A stretch of 63,983 bases of DNA, filler included, from Ionaspis alba (lineage: Eukaryota), in the NCBI GenBank assembly GCA_964255285.1. It is 3 parts of 3 records of this genome, joined end to end, with 100 filler letters (N's around TTAATTAATTAA, not from the genome) between each part and the next. Parts side by side here need not be neighbours in the genome. Positions count along the whole stretch, not along the records: positions 43,861 to 63,983 come from CAXUUL010000250.1; 2 more parts are not named here. The stretch is one strand, 5' to 3'. The translations under genes and the position numbers were made by a program. This document shows, piece by piece, positions 59,765-63,983 of the stretch. Position 1 is the stretch's first letter. Each line of letters opens with the position of its first letter. The notes beneath the pieces were generated by a model that searched no databases, was not told where the DNA came from, and saw only the letters and a program-made list of their open reading frames with translations.

Positions 59765-62700
59765 ATGGCAGCGCCGGAGACTGCTAGTTCTATCAGTGTC
59801 TGCGTCCGCGTTCGACCATTTACCGTTTGTCCCCATGTACTGAGTCCAGCCTTTCCAGTCTGATAACTATTAGGTTCGAGAAGCAGCACAGTTGACCCAT
59901 ACACCTGACGGTCCCCTCTTCCTCGGCGATGGCTCCCTCGCAGGAGCCCCTACACCAAGATTGCACCAAAAGGGGATCAGATCTGTTATCAAGGTAGTTG
60001 ATGACAAGTGCCTGTGAGTCTTATACCAGCTGAGCGTATTATCCGTCTAATGCTTCATGAGTGTATTTGATCCACCTGAAGACAACCCGGTCCAAAGACT
60101 CTCCAAGTCTATGGGCCCCAACGGAAAGCGGGTGAAGGACCAAACATTTGGGTTCGATCGCATCTTTGACGAGAATACTACACAAGCGGACGTGTACGAA
60201 GCAACAACGAGAAACCTACTGGATAGTGTTCTTGACGGTTACAACGCCACAGTCTTCGCCTACGGTGCTACTGGATGCGGGAAGACACACACAATCACAG
60301 GTACCATTCAGCAGCCTGGGATCATCTTCCTTACCATGCAAGAGCTCTTTGAGCGTATTACGGAAAGAATGGAGGAAAGGGTCACAGAGATCTCGCTCTC
60401 GTACCTTGAGATCTACAACGAGACAATCCGAGACCTACTGGTACCCGGAGGTAGCAAAGCTGGTTTGATGTTGAGAGAAGACGCCAATCAGGCTGTCTCA
60501 GTTGCAGGGTTATCTAGCCATCATCCGCAGAACGTCCAAGAAGTGATGGACATGATTGTGAGGGGTAATGAATATCGGACCATGTCGCCAACGGAAGCAA
60601 ATGCGACTTCCTCACGATCCCACGCAGTCATTCAGATCAATGTTTCACAGAAAGATCGAAATGCAGACATCAATGAGCCTCACACCATGGCAACATTGAG
60701 CATAATTGATCTTGCGGGTAGTGAACGAGCTAGTGCTACAAAAAATCGAGGAGATAGGCTACTAGAAGGAGCCAACATCAACAAGTCACTTCTCGCTCTG
60801 GGCAGCTGCATCAATGCTCTGTGCGACCCAAGGAAGAAGAACCATGTGCCTTATCGGAATTCGAAGCTTACGCGATTGCTGAAATTTTCGTTAGGCGGTA
60901 ATTGCAGAACGGTTATGATCGTTTGTGTGAGTCCTTCGAGCCAGCACTTTGACGAGACACAGAACACTCTTCGTTATGCAAACCGTGCCAAGAACATCCA
61001 GACAAAGGCTACCAGGAACGTTTATAATGTCAACAGACACGTCAAGGACTTCTTAGTCAAGATCGATGAGCAAATGGCCCTGATCAACGAGCTCAAGCAG
61101 CAGCAGAAGGATTATGAGAGTCTGGCATTTACAAAATTTCGAAAGCAGAATGAGAAGAGGGAGTTGATAGCTCGGGAAGGTGTGGCACGAATACGAACAG
61201 CTTACGAGAACTCGTCTTCCGAGCGTCTGGAGAGAGCTAGCAGTATGAGCAGGCTGAGACAAATTGAACGGAGGATATCCTTGATATCCTCTTGGGTGAT
61301 GGCCTTCGACCACGTTTGCGATGCCGAAGAAGATGAGCGCCTTCTCCAGAATCTTGCAGCGATGCGGAAAACAGCACAAGGGATTCTTGTTGAGCTGGAG
61401 AGTAGTAGGCATCACTATCATCAACGACTGGCGAAGTGCAACTGGGAGCGCGCTATCGATTCCGCCTTGCAAAGTGGCCTGCGTCAAATGAAAGATCTTG
61501 ACGGAGGAGCGGATGGCAGGGAACTGGCCAATCTCAATAGAGAAGCAGAGCTGCTGAAAGCAAACGCAGATCGGGAGGCTCTGATGACGACAGCAGAGCA
61601 GGAGAAAGGAAGCGAAGCGGCCGTGGTTCGAGTACTCTTGCAAGCTCACTTCGAGACGATGGCGGCAGTCCAAAAGTTGCTCAGTATGGATGAGCAGGAA
61701 GCCGTTGAGACTGCTAAAAGCATACTTGGGAAAATTCTACACTTTACTGCAAGGGCAACATCTCATATCATCAAGCCTGATGGTAGCATCGCACCCGTCG
61801 AACTCTTCCCGCCCACTCGTCATGGCACTCCCAAACGGAAGAAACAGGCGAAACTGGTTGGAGAAACGCCACTCAAGCCAGCAAATTTAGCGGTACTTGC
61901 AGCTGCGCCGCATCTCAATCCTTCGCCCATTAGATCTTCACCGAAACGACGGAAGCTGGGCGGCGCTAAGAAAGGAGTTTCTTTTACTCCTAAAAGAAAA
62001 TCGCCTGCTAAAAGCCTGAAAAGAGGCGTTCGGTGGAGGGATGATACAGAAGATGGTGTCTTGGCTGAGTTCGACAAAACCCCACAGCGATTAGAGTCGA
62101 CGCCGGACCTGTCATCCCCTGACAAGAATGGAGGAGCCACGTTGTCAAACCCTTTGTGCGCATCACCGCCTTCACTGGGCTTAGAGCCGTTCGATTCCTC
62201 TCCAATTCCTGCTCCACCGGAGCCGACTCTTGATCCGAGGCCAAGGCACAATAGATTCAAGACTGGCTTCCTTGCCAAGAAGACGGATGGCTCACCTCCT
62301 CCGCCTACAATCACAAGCTTTTCCTCAGATTCGGACCACTCACCGCTACGAGACCTTGAACCTAGCAAAGCCATCAATCGTTCATCACTAAATCACGTGC
62401 GCAATCTGTCACCGGACTCGACTCCGCAAGATACCGGTCAAAGCTCGAATTCTGAAGCTGACGAGCGTTGGCGAGCAGATAAGCAAGATGTATTGAAGAT
62501 CAAGAAAGCCATCAGACGGGCCTCCTCGGTAGCTCCGACCAATGCAGCTTCCATGCGCACGCAGCGGAGACGAAGCCCAACGGCGACCGGCGGAGGTAGT
62601 CCACCCAATGAGAATACATTGTTCACTGCTTCCCACGCACGTCGAATGGTGAAAAGTGATAAGGAGAATGAATGGAAGGGTAGCGTGCTAAGTCCGAGGA

Positions 62701-62870
62701 CCGCGCCGGTCACGAAAAGTTCTAGCCGGAGGACAACTATGAGTGAGAGCCGGCCGGAAAAGATTTCCAGTCATAGTCGGGAAGGAAGTGTGAGGTATAG
62801 CAGTGTCATCAACGGAAGCGGTGGCAGCGTGCGGGGAAGTTTCATGGCTGGGAAAGGAGTCTGGCGATGA
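59765..62870 (+). CDS. KIP3: Kinesin-8 (Kip3/KipB), with two short 5' introns
   Basis: Motifs SSISVCVRVRPFT, YGATGCGKTHT, NATSSRSH, DLAGSERA and VPYRNSKLTRLLKFSLGGNC. Confidence 0.95.
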
Positions 62871-63371
62871 AATCACGGCATCGAGCGAAAGTCGGTGAAC
62901 TCTTTGTTGGGTTGCCAAACGCATTCTCACCGGCGTTTTGCTTCACTTTTGGAGCGGCGGCGTTCAGCTTGGAAAGATGGAGTTCTCGGCCTAAGCATAA
63001 GCAGCTACATTCTCACGAGCCATAGGCAAACAGTCCAGGAATGCCAATTCAAATCAAAGCAGAGATCAGTTGACCAATTGAGGCCGGAATAGGACATCCA
63101 TTACCATTCGGCCAAAAGATCTGCTGTCCAGCAGAGACAACAGTTCTACGCTAGAATTAAGTTACCGCTGATGTGTTTCAAGTGCCTGCAGGCTGATTGA
63201 TATCCGTGCTAACAGCACGGTGTGTATCTTTTCCATTCCAGAAGAGAATGAACGAAGGTACACTGAGCCCGAGGATTAGGCATATCTCTGTAGCTTTCCT
63301 GTACTTACCGGATAGGTTTTCCTGAAGCCATGCTTGGCCCTTGCTTGCTTCCACTTCCCCATTTCACCTGC

Positions 63372-63905
63372 TTATGCTCCGGACTCGTACCACCTTTCCA
63401 TGACACTCTTCATCCAGACTCGAGGTACACCTTTCTCCCCTGCCTCTTGAACACCTCTCCTCATTCTGTCTACATACTCTTTCTTCACGGTGCCCTCACC
63501 GGTTCTGAGCGTATCGACATAGACCAAGGCTTCGATTCTCCTGCCCTCCCCTCCCACGTTTTGCGTATCTTCCCAGATTGTAACCGACAAATTCTCCTTC
63601 TGATAGGCCCACGGTACCCCTTCATACATATCCAAGAGAGCCTCATCTTCTGCACTCAGTGCGTAGACTATTCCATAGACCCTGTATGCCGTGTCACAGA
63701 GCTCCTGGTGTAGAGACGGATTGGCGATGATATTGGCGTATCCACGTTCGCCTATGATCCACTTCCAACCCTCGAGCAATGCCACGCCCAAGTAAGCAGC
63801 TGTTGGGCACCGAGCTTTCATTTGTGATGTAGATAGATTGGATCCGTAGGCAAAGTAAAGGGTCGACGACTGTCGTGTCGACGATGGAGCTGGGTTTTGG
63901 GTCAT
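63372..63905 (-). CDS. Gamma-glutamylcyclotransferase / AIG2-like protein
   Basis: Motifs LYFAYGSNL, RGYANI, VYGIVY.L, LDMYEGVP and ALVYVD. Confidence 0.88.
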   Translation of the reverse strand: MTQNPAPSSTRQSSTLYFAYGSNLSTSQMKARCPTAAYLGVALLEGWKWIIGERGYANIIANPSLHQELCDTAYRVYGIVYALSAEDEALLDMYEGVPWAYQKENLSVTIWEDTQNVGGEGRRIEALVYVDTLRTGEGTVKKEYVDRMRRGVQEAGEKGVPRVWMKSVMERWYESGA

Positions 63906-63983
63906 GTTATCGATAAACAGATTCAAGGAGCTTTTCAAGCCAGCAAATGAAGAAGAGGGGAAAGAGACGAGGAGCTCAGCGAT

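Overview
Gene-dense, intron-containing genomic DNA of a filamentous ascomycete (Pezizomycotina: short GT-AG introns with CTRAC branch sites, and Pezizomycotina-type orthologues). It is a draft assembly. Two 100-nt N/TTAATTAATTAA linkers (21943-22042, 43761-43860) join three separate pieces. Five 100-N gaps are flanked by exact ~55-nt duplications and are probably false gaps. I can support about 25 protein genes, one intron-containing tRNA-Asn(GTT) and a GT8 glycosyltransferase pseudogene. The genes include an F-box/RCC1 SAF1-like protein, MVP1, DCN1, a YcaC-like isochorismatase, a CAP59-like GT69, lysophospholipase, DBP7, PAN6, POP4, a SNF2-PHD ATPase, a Clr2-like protein, two RGS-LOV photoreceptors, an OSM1-like fumarate reductase, catalase, an LMBRD1-like protein, CFT1, a UCH, KIP3 and a GGCT. 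The most striking item is DCN1: its UBA-encoding exons are separated from the PONY-domain exons by a ~4.3-kb intron. That intron is almost entirely one ~1,420-codon same-strand ORF that runs in frame into DCN1 exon 3, suggesting a giant alternative N-terminus. Also notable are a secreted, probably Kex2-processed protein with a CAE...C-x9-C deaminase-like signature and a terminal amphipathic peptide, a head-to-head pair of RGS-LOV paralogues, and an unusually long, open-frame intron in CFT1. All family assignments come from motif recognition by eye; no searches were run.
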